A program made the position numbers and the translations under genes. Below are positions 40,083-49,413 of a stretch of 64,000 bases of DNA, piece by piece (the first letter of the stretch is position 1; the number at the start of each line of letters is the position of its first letter). The notes beneath the pieces are model-generated. The model saw nothing but the letters and a program-made list of their open reading frames with translations, had not been told where the DNA came from and ran no database searches. Source of the stretch: an uncultured virus (IMG/VR IMGVR_UViG_3300005083_000031) (Duplodnaviria > Heunggongvirae > Uroviricota > Caudoviricetes). The stretch lies in the IMG/VR virus record IMGVR_UViG_3300005083_000031; one strand, 5' to 3'.

Positions 40083-40544
40083 TTAGGACTGCAGGTAGAC
40101 GAGATTGGGCGTGGCCACCACGGTCAGGCCCAGGTCGGGGCGCTCGGAGGCGCCGTCGATTCCGAAGATGTCCTTCAGCTTGCCCTCGTGGGCGCGCTGC
40201 TGGTAGATGAGGCCGTCCACGAGGGGGCGGCCCTCCTTGAGCGCCTTCGCCATCTCCCTGAGGCACGTCTTGGCGAAGACGTTGGCGTCGGTGATGCGGA
40301 ACTGGTTCTTGGAACGGACGACGAGCTGGCCGCCGTCGGCGAGGCGGCAGGACTTCAGCCCCTCGGCCGCCATCATGCGGAGGAGCTGCTCCTTCAACTG
40401 GGTCTCGAGCCCGTTCTTGAGAAGCTCGGCCTCCGCCTCCAGCCCCCGCCGCCTGTCGAGGACCTGATGGTAGTGCTCGGACACCTGGGCTATGGTCCTG
40501 GGGGCCTCGGGCGTGCCGAGGTCGCTTGGGTCGGGGATGAACAA
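40083..40544 (-). CDS. Hypothetical replication-module protein
   Basis: AAGGAG plus TTG start; coiled coil then 'GLKSCRLADG'. Confidence 0.6.
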   Translation of the reverse strand: MFIPDPSDLGTPEAPRTIAQVSEHYHQVLDRRRGLEAEAELLKNGLETQLKEQLLRMMAAEGLKSCRLADGGQLVVRSKNQFRITDANVFAKTCLREMAKALKEGRPLVDGLIYQQRAHEGKLKDIFGIDGASERPDLGLTVVATPNLVYLQS

Positions 40545-40546
40545 GG

Positions 40547-42127
40547 TCAACTCCTTTTGATGAGGGTTTCGAAAAGCTCGTTGACTATGGCGCTCTGCCG
40601 CTTCCCGGCGGCGAGCCCGGCGAAGTGCTTCCGCTCGGCGGGGGAGACGCCGAGGTTGATGATGGCTATGGACTCCGCCTTCTGCTTGGCGGAGGAGAGG
40701 CGCTCCAGCGCCTGCTCGTATATGAATCCGCCCTGCGCCGGGGGTCCGTAGAACACCAGCGTGTCGGCGGCCGCCAGTTCCACCCCGAACGCCGTGGTCG
40801 TGGGGTGGCAGACGAGGACCCGGACCTCCGGGTCGTCCCGGAAGGAGCGGAACACCGCCGCCCGCTTCTCCCCGGTGACCCTGCCGTCCACGACCACGCT
40901 CCCCTCGATGATGGAGGCGAGCCTGTCGATGACGGCGGTGTATCCCGCCATGACCACGACCTTGCTGGAGGACTCCTCGATGATCTCGAGGAGCGCCGTC
41001 TCCCTCGGCTTGCAGTCCACCTCGAACACGGTGCCGTCGGGCCTGACGCCCACGCCCTGCGCCGCCTGCATCATGCGATGGTACAGGGCCCCGGCGCTGG
41101 CCGCCTCGATGACCTCGTCCCTGACGAGGGCGATGGCCTCCCTCTCGAGGTCCCTGAACACCCGCCGCTGCTCGGGCGTGGGGTCGGCCCACATGTCCCG
41201 GTGCACCACTGGCGGGAGGTCGAGGATGTCGGCCTTGGCGTAGCGGATGGCGGGCTGCAGCGTGCGGTTTATTATCTCCGCCGCCTCGTGGCGGACGGCG
41301 ACCTGCCACACCTGCGGCCCGTACTGGTAGTAGACCATGCCCATCCACGCCCCCTTCGTGTGGCAGGGGAGCAGGGCGGGGTTTATGGTGGAGGCCATGC
41401 CCCAGACCATCTCGGGGTTGGCGCCCGGCGACCCGGTCACGCCCACGACCCTGTCGCACGCCTTGCACAGGGTCTTCATGGCCTTGGTCCTCGCCGCCCC
41501 GACGTTCCCGGCGTGGGTCACCTCGTCGATGACGACCATGCCGACCCGCCGGGTCTCGACCAGCCGCATGAAGGCGTGGCCGGACAGCCTGACGCTGTCG
41601 TAGTTGGTGAGGAACCAGTCGGCGTCCTCGAGGAGGGCCGCCTCGCGCCTGGGGCCGTGCGCCACCACGACGTGGGCGTCGGGGAGCGTGGCCCTGATGG
41701 TGTCGGCCCACACGCTCCACAGGGTGGAGACCGTGGTCACGACGAGGATGCCGCCCGTCATGCGGCGCCGCCGCTGGAGCCAGTCCCCCGCCAGCACGAT
41801 GGCCCCGGTCTTCCCCGTCCTCGGGTCGGACAGGACGTAGCTGCGGGGGTGGACGGTGATGAACGCCGCCGTCAGGAGCTGGTGCTCCATGGGCTGGTAC
41901 CTGCCCTCGACGAGCGGGTGGGTGTCGAACATGAAGGGGGCGGCCCCGAGACCCCCGAGCCCCATGTTGTGCAGGATGCGGCAGGAGTCCTCGTGGAAGG
42001 GCAGGACCCTGAAGCCGCCCATCAGGGGGAAGGGGGTCATCAGTCCGTGGAGGGTGTCGTGCGCCTCCTCCACGAGGATCAGCTCCCGCTCGGGCACGGC
42101 GACGACGTGCTCGCCGACGCGTGTCAT
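40547..42127 (-). CDS. SNF2-family helicase
   Basis: PRTGKT, TNYD, IDEVT, TGSP, DGRV...R, GVEL, QALER motifs. Confidence 0.9.
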   Translation of the reverse strand: MTRVGEHVVAVPERELILVEEAHDTLHGLMTPFPLMGGFRVLPFHEDSCRILHNMGLGGLGAAPFMFDTHPLVEGRYQPMEHQLLTAAFITVHPRSYVLSDPRTGKTGAIVLAGDWLQRRRRMTGGILVVTTVSTLWSVWADTIRATLPDAHVVVAHGPRREAALLEDADWFLTNYDSVRLSGHAFMRLVETRRVGMVVIDEVTHAGNVGAARTKAMKTLCKACDRVVGVTGSPGANPEMVWGMASTINPALLPCHTKGAWMGMVYYQYGPQVWQVAVRHEAAEIINRTLQPAIRYAKADILDLPPVVHRDMWADPTPEQRRVFRDLEREAIALVRDEVIEAASAGALYHRMMQAAQGVGVRPDGTVFEVDCKPRETALLEIIEESSSKVVVMAGYTAVIDRLASIIEGSVVVDGRVTGEKRAAVFRSFRDDPEVRVLVCHPTTTAFGVELAAADTLVFYGPPAQGGFIYEQALERLSSAKQKAESIAIINLGVSPAERKHFAGLAAGKRQSAIVNELFETLIKRS

Positions 42128-42372
42128 GCGGGGCCCTCCGTGGCGATGTACTGCTGGACCCTGTTCAGCTCGCCCCCGAAGAGGTCGAGCAGGAGCTTCA
42201 TGCGGGACTCCGAGTTCCTCGCCACCTCGTCCCTGTACTGGGGCTTGGCGGCGCACTCGTAGCAGATCTCCCGCATGTTGTCCCTGTAGGGGCGGCAGTC
42301 CACGGTGTGTCCGCAGACGCTGCATTCCCTCAGTCGTTCCATGTCAGGCCTCCGGATCGACGGGTATTCCAT
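42124..42372 (-). CDS. Zinc-binding hypothetical protein
   Basis: CSVC...CYEC. Confidence 0.55.
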   Translation of the reverse strand: MEYPSIRRPDMERLRECSVCGHTVDCRPYRDNMREICYECAAKPQYRDEVARNSESRMKLLLDLFGGELNRVQQYIATEGPA

Positions 42373-42664
42373 TCTTCATGGCGTCGAGCTCGTCCTCGAG
42401 ACGGCTCCACGACTCGTCGTTGTGCCCGACGACGAGGGCCCGGCCGCCGTGCAGGATTATGTGGCTCATCTCCCGGAGCTGCCAGCTCGTGGGCCTGCCG
42501 CCGGGCGCCTTGGTCTCGATGGCCATGAACTGGCCACGGTAGAGGACGAGGAAGTCGGGCACGCCCCGGCGTCCGTACGCGTTGCCGGACGGCATCGTCC
42601 ACCACGCGCCCCGGTCCGTGAGGATGGCCTTCACCCTCTGCTTTATCCTGCCTTCCGGTGTCAT
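42344..42664 (-). CDS. VRR-NUC domain nuclease (Holliday junction resolvase-like)
   Basis: MTPEG, GVPD, IETKAPG...T..Q. Confidence 0.9.
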   Translation of the reverse strand: MTPEGRIKQRVKAILTDRGAWWTMPSGNAYGRRGVPDFLVLYRGQFMAIETKAPGGRPTSWQLREMSHIILHGGRALVVGHNDESWSRLEDELDAMKNGIPVDPEA

Positions 42665-43023
42665 GCGTCCTCCTCGGGCAGCGCCTCGATCTCCTCGGGG
42701 GTCATGCGGATGACCTTCGAGCAGGTGGAGACCGGGATGCCGGTCATCTCCGACACCTTGCGGGCGCCGTTGCCGTCCCTGACGTAGGCGAGGATCTGGA
42801 GGGCACGCTCCCTCGTCATCCTCGTCCGCCTCGGCTTCGCCTTGGGCTTCGACGCCTCGCTCAACTGGTCGAGCATCCTGACGACGATGTCGTCCAGTCC
42901 CTCGACGGATGCCGAGAGACCCTCCACCGTGTCCCTGATGTCGGCCATGTCCTGCTCGTGCTTCTTCAGCACGGCGAGGATCTTGCCAAGGATCTCCCTC
43001 GTTTTCAAGTCGCACTGTGACAT
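42661..43023 (-). CDS. Coiled-coil plus C-terminal HTH protein
   Basis: 'ARKVSEMTGIPVSTCSK' HTH. Confidence 0.65.
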   Translation of the reverse strand: MSQCDLKTREILGKILAVLKKHEQDMADIRDTVEGLSASVEGLDDIVVRMLDQLSEASKPKAKPRRTRMTRERALQILAYVRDGNGARKVSEMTGIPVSTCSKVIRMTPEEIEALPEEDA

Positions 43024-43037
43024 GTCGCTCTCCCGTC

Positions 43038-43733
43038 TCAGCCGGCGTGTTCGCACCGGGTTAGGTCGCACCAGTGGCAGAACTTGTTTTTCGTCGCTGG
43101 CCATTCGTTGTCCTCGAACGCCGTCTCGATGTCGTTGACGACACGGACGACGTCGTCGAGAGGGTCGTCGGGCGTCCATTCCCCCGAATGCGTGTCGCCC
43201 TCGTCGATGTAGAAGTACATCCACGTGATCCTCGGGATGCGGGGGAACATCCTGGAGAGGATGAAGCACTGCATGCGCTGCTGGAACGCGTCCGTGTCCC
43301 ACACCTTCCCGGTCTTCCAGTCGATGAGCCCTCTCGCGCCCGTCGAGGGGTCGGTCACCATGACGTCCGCCTTGCACCGTGCGAACACCGACTTGTCCCA
43401 CCAGCCCCGGCGCATGCCGGAGCGGTCGACGGCCAGCTCCGCCTCCGTGGCCAGCTCCCACCCCCGCTTCTCGTGGAGGTCGAGGAGAAGCCTCATCTTG
43501 CCGTTCACGAAATCCTCGTCCACCCGGTGCCCCTTCGCGCTCTCGGGCCACTCGGACACGGGGAGCCGGGGCTCCCCGCACTTGAGCCACTCCTCGCAGA
43601 GGGTGTGGATGAGGGTGCCTCTCGCCTTCTCCGGGCTGTCCTTCCACTTCAGCTCCTTGGTCACGTACTGGGCGTGGAACTTCAAGGGGCACTGGCGGAA
43701 GGTTCCCGCATTGGATGGTGACAGTGGAATCAT
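43038..43733 (-). CDS. PD-(D/E)xK exonuclease, Cas4/RecB-like
   Basis: SPS...QCP, RG..IH, KAD, IDWKTG, C-terminal CxxC...C. Confidence 0.9.
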   Translation of the reverse strand: MIPLSPSNAGTFRQCPLKFHAQYVTKELKWKDSPEKARGTLIHTLCEEWLKCGEPRLPVSEWPESAKGHRVDEDFVNGKMRLLLDLHEKRGWELATEAELAVDRSGMRRGWWDKSVFARCKADVMVTDPSTGARGLIDWKTGKVWDTDAFQQRMQCFILSRMFPRIPRITWMYFYIDEGDTHSGEWTPDDPLDDVVRVVNDIETAFEDNEWPATKNKFCHWCDLTRCEHAG

Positions 43734-43780
43734 TGTTGCTCCTTTGCCCCATGTCGAATCGATGCCGGAATGGGACGCGA

Positions 43781-43815
43781 AAAGGAGGCCGCCCCCCTTC
43801 GGGAGCGGCCTCTCC
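43781..43815 (-). terminator. Intrinsic terminator downstream of integrase
   Basis: GC stem gaggccgc...gcggcctc followed by TTTT on minus strand. Confidence 0.55.
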
Positions 43816-43848
43816 GTAGGCGAAAAAAATTCTTCGCCGCCGTGGAAA

Positions 43849-45261
43849 CTAGTCCGTTTCGGGACACCCCCCGTCGAGGTCGGGGTGCGACGCCGCCATG
43901 GCGTACCTGGAATCCATGTTGCGCCTGGTCACCCAGTGCCTGAACTTCACCTCGTCGGCGAGGCCGGGGAAGCCGTCGGGCACCCGCCCCTCGCCCCGGG
44001 CCCAGCGTGCCAGCGTGCTGCGGGCGATGCCGCTGATCCTCGCCGCCTCCCTGACCGACAGGTCGGGCACGGGCCTCGGCTCCGCCTTCCCCCCGACGAT
44101 GCGCTCGTACACGGGGGGCCTGTCGCGCTCCCGCATGGCGTCGCACATGTCGGCCCACGCCTGCATCAGGCCGATGCGCTCGGCGAGGTAGCAGCTCCGG
44201 GCGTAGACGCCCCGCACACCGGGGATGGTGTGGGCCAGCGCCGCCTCGATGTAGTCGGGGGGATACCCCGCCTCGTGCAGGAGGGTGGAGGCGCTGGCCC
44301 GGAAGCCGTGCGGGTCGTGGTCCTCCACGCCCATGGCGCGGAGCGCCCTTCGCCCCGTGTCCCTGTTCATGAAGCCCCCTCCCTTCCCGGGGAACAGGCG
44401 CCCCGTCCTCGCCGTGAAGGGGCGCAGCTCCTCCAGCAGGGCCACGGCCTGCCGGGAGAGGGGGACGACGTGCTCCCTCTCCGTCTTCATCCTCTCGGCG
44501 GGGATGCGCCACACGGGGCGTTCGCCGTGCAGGTCGAACTCCCACCACAGGGCCTTCGCCAGTTCGGACGGGCGGCACATGAGAAGGGGGAGGAGGCGCA
44601 GGTACTGCCTCGTCAGCGGGGCGCAGTCCCCCTCCTCTATGATGCGGAGCAGTTCGCCGAAGGTCTTGGGGTCCGTCCGGGCGGCGCGGTTCTCCGTCCT
44701 GTGGCGGGGAAGGGAGCGGGTCATCCCGGCAAGGGGGTTGAACGGGGCGAGTCCCTCGCTCACGGCCCTCTCGAGCACGCGGGTGGCCAGCTCCACCGTC
44801 TGCCGCTGCACGTAGGGCGTCATCCCCCTGATGCAGTCGAGGACGGACTCCCTCGTGATGGCGGAGACGTCGGTGTTGAACAGGGGGCGGAGCCTGCCGG
44901 ACTGCAGGTCGTAGCTCCGCATCGTTCCGGGGGTGCAGGTGCGGGCGGTGTCCTCCCGCCATCGGGTGACGGCCTCGCCGAAGGAGCGTCCGTCCCTCGC
45001 CCTGCGCCCCCTCGGGTCGAGCCCGCCCTTCAGTCCCTTGCGCATGCGGGCGTGCATCAGTCTCGCCTCGTCGAGGGAGATCTCGGGATACTCCCCCAAC
45101 GTACATGTGAATGTTCCGCCGCCAAAGGAGTAGGCGTAGCGGAACACCAGCTCCCTCCCGTTGAGATCGACGTACAGGCCGTGCCCGTCGAACACCTTGA
45201 GACGCCCGTTCCACGGGACTCCCGGCCGCATCGTCCTGAGATCGCAGTCTTGCAGTCGCAT
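43849..45261 (-). CDS. int: P4-family tyrosine integrase with C-terminal HTH extension
   Basis: Arm-binding 'DGHGLY...LGEYPEISLDEAR'; catalytic R(PSE), K, HGFR, LAH, Y. Confidence 0.92.
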   Translation of the reverse strand: MRLQDCDLRTMRPGVPWNGRLKVFDGHGLYVDLNGRELVFRYAYSFGGGTFTCTLGEYPEISLDEARLMHARMRKGLKGGLDPRGRRARDGRSFGEAVTRWREDTARTCTPGTMRSYDLQSGRLRPLFNTDVSAITRESVLDCIRGMTPYVQRQTVELATRVLERAVSEGLAPFNPLAGMTRSLPRHRTENRAARTDPKTFGELLRIIEEGDCAPLTRQYLRLLPLLMCRPSELAKALWWEFDLHGERPVWRIPAERMKTEREHVVPLSRQAVALLEELRPFTARTGRLFPGKGGGFMNRDTGRRALRAMGVEDHDPHGFRASASTLLHEAGYPPDYIEAALAHTIPGVRGVYARSCYLAERIGLMQAWADMCDAMRERDRPPVYERIVGGKAEPRPVPDLSVREAARISGIARSTLARWARGEGRVPDGFPGLADEVKFRHWVTRRNMDSRYAMAASHPDLDGGCPETD

Positions 45262-45286
45262 GTTCCCTCCTTCAGGGGTTGCGAGT

Positions 45287-45488
45287 CTCTACCAAAAACA
45301 CTACCAAAATTAGCCATAGGCTTATCGAAGGAATGCGCCTTTGCGAGGCACCCTCGATTCGCCTATCGGCCAATGGGGCGGTTCGGAGAGAGTCGGCACA
45401 TCCCCTTCTTGTGCCGCACGCTCTCACGAACTGCGCTCCACTGGCCGACATCCGAAGACACAGTCTTCGGGCTCTACCAAAACTACAC
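45287..45488. other. Candidate attP with arm-type repeats
   Basis: C(T/A)CTACCAAAA at 45287, 45299 and 45472 in the non-coding gap upstream of int. Confidence 0.55.
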
Positions 45489-45499
45489 CTAGTATGCCG

Positions 45500-47497
45500 T
45501 CAGCATACCGTGTAGTCCTCCCCGATCTCGCCCTCGGCGGAGACCGGGAACCCCTCCGCCCACGGCGGCACCGTCGACATGATCCTGACCATCGTCGCCA
45601 GCGCGTCCTCCGCCTCCGCCTCGGGCACCACGCAGAACCAGCAGTCGTGCACGTTCCCGGCAAGCTGCAGCCCCGCCTCCCGCATCCGGCACGCCTGCCA
45701 CATCAGCACGTGCATCGACAGACCCTGTATCACGTTCTCGCACACCTTCCCGCCGTACAGTCTCGTCTCCACCTTGCGCCCCCTCGAGTACGCGTCGTAC
45801 CAGAACTCCCCGTCCACGAACCGCAGCCCCGGGTACAGCGTCTTCCACCCGCAGGGGAACCTCAGCCCCGGCACCGGCCACCCCTCGCCGGGGATGCGGA
45901 TGCGCCCCGCCTTCACCAGCTCCCCGGAGGGCCCGCCGAAGGACGTCACCCCGCACCTCGGCTGCACCAGCCTGCGCAGCACGCTCTCGCACAGCCTCCA
46001 GAAGTCCACGATCCTCGCGTTCATCATCCTGTACTTGCGATGCACCTTCAGCGCCTCGGCGTCGTGCGCCGTCCTGTCCTCCCCGAACCTCACCTTCTCC
46101 TTCACCCACAGGGTGTCGGCGAACTTGGTCGCGCCCACCCCGTACCCCGCCGAGAGGATGGCGGTCTTCGCCGCCTGCCTCGCCTTGTACATGGCCTCGT
46201 CGTGGGCCTTCGCCCCCGCCCGTATCTCCTGCCACGTTTTCCCCGGCGTGAAGGTGGCGGCGAGGATGGCGTAGGGATCCTGTCCCTCCCTGAACTGGGA
46301 GACGAGGTCGTCCTGCCCCGCCACCCACGCCAGCATCCTCGCCTCTATCTGCGCCGAGTCGCACGCCACTATCTTATATCCAATGGGCGCCCTTATGCAC
46401 CTGCGCAGGCGCACGTTGCCGCTGCGCTTGCCGAGGTTCTGGAAGTTGAGGCGGTCGCCCCTGCCCCTGTCGCCCGACCCGGCGGCGTACCGTCCGGTCC
46501 TCGCCCCGAACACGGCGAGGCCCACGGGCACGGGGCGGCCGTCCGCCCCCACCTCCAGCAGCCTGTCGCACCGGGTGCGCTCGATGCTGCTGGCCTCGCC
46601 GACCCTCGCCTCCGCCAGCATGCGCACCACCTCGTCCTCGTGCTCCAGCAGCTCCTGGAATCCCGGGTCCGTCTTGGCGAAGGCGTAGTCCTCCTTCCCC
46701 GTGGTCGGGCTCGTCTTCATGGGCGGCTCGACGCCCAGCCTGCGAAGCATCTCGGCGAACCTCGCCTTGCTCCTGAGCGCCTTCCTGAAGGCCTCCCTGT
46801 CGGAGAAGCCGTGCTCCGCCATGGTCTCCGCCATCCTCCGCCCGGACTCCTCCTTCAGGAACCGGGCGTACTCCCGCAGCCCCGGCATGTCGAGGACCAG
46901 CCTCGGCCGCGTGTACATGCGGGTCGTGATGTCCGTGAAGAGGAAGGCGTCCCTCGTCACGTACGGCTTCAATTCGTTGAAGATCCTCGCCGTCATCTCC
47001 ACGTCGTTGGCGCAGTACTTCCTGAAGTCGCGCCACTCCTGCTCCGTGAAGTCCTCCTTCCTCCGCTTGCCGCTGGACACCACGGTGCCCGTCCCCTTGG
47101 TCATGCCGAAGCGCTGGCCCAGCGCCTTCAGGCTGGTGGGCCCGAGCTGCCCGAGCCCCGCCCACTGGGCCATCGCCCACGTGTCGATGTACAGGCGGGG
47201 CACCCGGCCCAGCCTCTCCGCCAGCACGAACCCGTCGAACATGACGTTGTGGCAGAGCAGATTGTCCCTCGACAGGGGAGGGAGGGGAAGGGGATCGGAC
47301 ACCCCCGGGTTGGCGTCCCACACCTCGATCGGGCCGTGGCCGATCGTGCGACCGGCGCCCCCCACCCCGTCCACCGTGCACATCCCGGCGCACAGCAGAC
47401 GGAAGCGGGGGTCGCGAACGTACGAGATCACGCCCATGTCGGACAGCGTGTACTCGTCCTTGTCCCAGTAGGTCTCGAAGTCCATGCAGTATGTCAT
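45500..47497 (-). CDS. polA: Family A DNA polymerase with 3'-5' exonuclease
   Basis: DFET, HN..FD, DSAQIEAR (motif A), R...K...L..GYG (motif B), VHD (motif C). Confidence 0.93.
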   Translation of the reverse strand: MTYCMDFETYWDKDEYTLSDMGVISYVRDPRFRLLCAGMCTVDGVGGAGRTIGHGPIEVWDANPGVSDPLPLPPLSRDNLLCHNVMFDGFVLAERLGRVPRLYIDTWAMAQWAGLGQLGPTSLKALGQRFGMTKGTGTVVSSGKRRKEDFTEQEWRDFRKYCANDVEMTARIFNELKPYVTRDAFLFTDITTRMYTRPRLVLDMPGLREYARFLKEESGRRMAETMAEHGFSDREAFRKALRSKARFAEMLRRLGVEPPMKTSPTTGKEDYAFAKTDPGFQELLEHEDEVVRMLAEARVGEASSIERTRCDRLLEVGADGRPVPVGLAVFGARTGRYAAGSGDRGRGDRLNFQNLGKRSGNVRLRRCIRAPIGYKIVACDSAQIEARMLAWVAGQDDLVSQFREGQDPYAILAATFTPGKTWQEIRAGAKAHDEAMYKARQAAKTAILSAGYGVGATKFADTLWVKEKVRFGEDRTAHDAEALKVHRKYRMMNARIVDFWRLCESVLRRLVQPRCGVTSFGGPSGELVKAGRIRIPGEGWPVPGLRFPCGWKTLYPGLRFVDGEFWYDAYSRGRKVETRLYGGKVCENVIQGLSMHVLMWQACRMREAGLQLAGNVHDCWFCVVPEAEAEDALATMVRIMSTVPPWAEGFPVSAEGEIGEDYTVC

Positions 47498-47579
47498 TCG
47501 TCGCTCCTTGTGTGGGGGGCGGCGGCATGCCGCCCCCCCCTTACCAATTCTATTCCTCGTCCTCGTCGCCGTCCACCTC

Positions 47580-47864
47580 CTATCGGCTCGGGGCCATGTC
47601 GTGCACGACCCCCTCGACGGCCTCGGCCACGAGGCACGCCTCGCAGTCGGGGTGGACCCCGTGCTCCGGCGAGCACGCCCCGTACCCGGGGTTGTACCTG
47701 CACTTCCTCGTGTCGGGGTCGTACCCGCCGCAGATCTCCGGGAAGTCGGACTCGTGGGGGCGCCTGTAGTTGGCGGCCAGCCACCACACCACCTTCCGCA
47801 GATCCCCGGCGGACATCCCCTCCACCACCATCCTCGCCGCCCATGCCGTGTTGATGTCAGTCAT
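47580..47864 (-). CDS. Cys-rich hypothetical protein
   Basis: GGAGG RBS; ends 'PDCEAC', similar to 'PDCAAC' in 48279-48554. Confidence 0.6.
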   Translation of the reverse strand: MTDINTAWAARMVVEGMSAGDLRKVVWWLAANYRRPHESDFPEICGGYDPDTRKCRYNPGYGACSPEHGVHPDCEACLVAEAVEGVVHDMAPSR

Positions 47865-48003
47865 CGCAAGCCTCCCTGTTGAAGTCCGGATCCGTCATCT
47901 CGTCCCGGTCGTACATCCACCCCGGGCAGTCCCCGTCGTCCTCGTCCCCGTCCTCGTGGTCCCACTCGGGCGGGTACTGGAGCTTCCAGTCGTCGTAGGT
48001 CAT
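47857..48003 (-). CDS. Small acidic protein (MTYDDWKLQYPPEW...)
   Basis: ATGA coupling; GGAGG RBS. Confidence 0.55.
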   Translation of the reverse strand: MTYDDWKLQYPPEWDHEDGDEDDGDCPGWMYDRDEMTDPDFNREACDD

Positions 48004-48269
48004 GAGGAGCCTCCCTGCCTGATCACGGCGTCGCCGATCTCGTTCCACACGAGCGCCATCTCCTCGTCGTCGAGGCGCACCTCGTCCATGTGCATCTCGA
48101 GAACGAACCCGTCCTGGGTCGTGATGGCGTACACGTCGTGCACGATCTCGGTCCCCGCCTCGTTGAAGATGTAGAAGGTGTACTCCACGCCCTTGAGGGG
48201 ACGCTCGATGACGTTCGCCACCTTGCAACCCTCGGGCAGCCACTGCCTCACGATTTCCCGTCCGTCCAT
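48000..48269 (-). CDS. Hypothetical protein
   Basis: GGAGG RBS. Confidence 0.6.
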   Translation of the reverse strand: MDGREIVRQWLPEGCKVANVIERPLKGVEYTFYIFNEAGTEIVHDVYAITTQDGFVLEMHMDEVRLDDEEMALVWNEIGDAVIRQGGSS

Positions 48270-48278
48270 GCGAACCTC

Positions 48279-48554
48279 CTACATGTTTCCGCAGACCACG
48301 CAGGCCGCGCAGTCCGGGTAGCCGTTGACGTGGTGCAGCACGCACCTCGGGGTGTCGAAGTCGGCGCACCGGGTGCCGAGGTAGTCGTCGGCGAACTGCT
48401 GCGCCACCCTCCAGAGCAGCGCGATCAGGTCGTAGGTGCCGCTGCGCTCGACCACCATGTTCTGGACCTCCTCGCTGTTGGGCCTGCGCCCCCGCCCGAC
48501 GAGGTAGCCGTCCTCGTCGAGGCGGAGCGTGTCGTTGTCGATGATCTCAGGCAT
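48279..48554 (-). CDS. MPE-array member 9 (MPEIIDND..., 91 aa)
   Basis: GGAGGAGG plus ATGCCTGAG; Cys-rich C-terminus. Confidence 0.75.
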   Translation of the reverse strand: MPEIIDNDTLRLDEDGYLVGRGRRPNSEEVQNMVVERSGTYDLIALLWRVAQQFADDYLGTRCADFDTPRCVLHHVNGYPDCAACVVCGNM

Positions 48555-48759
48555 GGGATTCCTCCTCCAGTCGGTTGATGAAGGCCTCGTTGTTGACGCA
48601 CGGCGTGTCCGGGACGGAGCACCTCCGCTCCACCAGGGCCCATCGCCCGTGCGGCATGCGCAGCTCCCGCATGTGCTCGCAGAGCAGCGTGATCGTGCTG
48701 CTCCTGCACCGGGGCATCGCATCCACATCCAGCTCCACGGTCCTGAAGATCTCAGGCAT
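48547..48759 (-). CDS. MPE-array member 8 (MPEIFRTV..., 70 aa)
   Basis: ATGCCTGAG junction; 4 Cys incl. Cx6C. Confidence 0.75.
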   Translation of the reverse strand: MPEIFRTVELDVDAMPRCRSSTITLLCEHMRELRMPHGRWALVERRCSVPDTPCVNNEAFINRLEEESHA

Positions 48760-48979
48760 GGGCGTCCCCCCTCCTGACGATCTCGTACTGCTCGGAGCAC
48801 TGCGCCTCCGGGTCGCCGCAGAGAACGCACCCCCCGCTGATGAGGTAGGAGGTGCAGGCGAAGGCGGAGGGCCTGTCCCTGCACCCCAGCCTGTTCTCCG
48901 CATGGAGATGGCGGCGGGCCCGGAGCATGACGCCCTCCAGCATCGAACGCTCGGAGCGCCTCTCGAATATCTCAGGCAT
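48752..48979 (-). CDS. MPE-array member 7 (MPEIFERR..., 75 aa)
   Basis: ATGCCTGAG junction; ENRLGC...Cx6CxxQ. Confidence 0.75.
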   Translation of the reverse strand: MPEIFERRSERSMLEGVMLRARRHLHAENRLGCRDRPSAFACTSYLISGGCVLCGDPEAQCSEQYEIVRRGDAHA

Positions 48980-49187
48980 GGTCCCCCCTCCCCCGGCCGA
49001 CCCGCTGGAGCGGGCACCGGATCTCGTAGTCGGCGCAGTGCCACACCTGACCCATCCTCTCCACGATGCCCCGACACCGGGGCGTCGACGCCACCATCCC
49101 GCACATGAGGCGGTCCTCCTTCCAGAGTCCGTGCCTCCGTTCGGGGTCGTTCAGCACGTGCTCGTCGGTCTCGATGATCTCAGGCAT
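48972..49187 (-). CDS. MPE-array member 6 (MPEIIETD..., 71 aa)
   Basis: ATGCCTGAG junction; EDRLMC...Cx6CxxQ. Confidence 0.75.
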   Translation of the reverse strand: MPEIIETDEHVLNDPERRHGLWKEDRLMCGMVASTPRCRGIVERMGQVWHCADYEIRCPLQRVGRGRGDHA

Positions 49188-49413
49188 AGAATCCCTCCCT
49201 CTGCTCCTCGCAGCGCTCGGTGTGTCGCTGGCACATCGCCGCCAGCTCGCGGTCCGGCCCCATCCGGTACACCCTGTAGTCGCACCGGATGCAGGCGTCG
49301 CAGGCGCACAGCAGGCGGTGCCGGCCCCAGAGATGGCGACGCCACGTGGCGTCGTCGAGGCGGGCGTCCGCCCCGGCCTCCCTCTCCTCCATGATCACGA
49401 ACGTCTGGGGCAT
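49180..49413 (-). CDS. MPE-array member 5 (MPQTFVIM..., 77 aa)
   Basis: TGATG junction; RLLC...Cx6CxxQ. Confidence 0.7.
   Translation of the reverse strand: MPQTFVIMEEREAGADARLDDATWRRHLWGRHRLLCACDACIRCDYRVYRMGPDRELAAMCQRHTERCEEQREGFYA

Noticed and set aside
43038..43733. Cas4-like gene as evidence of a CRISPR system
   Set aside because: Solo Cas4/RecB-like nucleases are routine in phage replication modules; no array or cas1.
45374..45399. tRNA 3'-end-like string in attP (minus strand ...ccgaaccgcccca)
   Set aside because: No canonical T-loop GTTCRA and no cloverleaf; cannot be called a tRNA fragment without a search.
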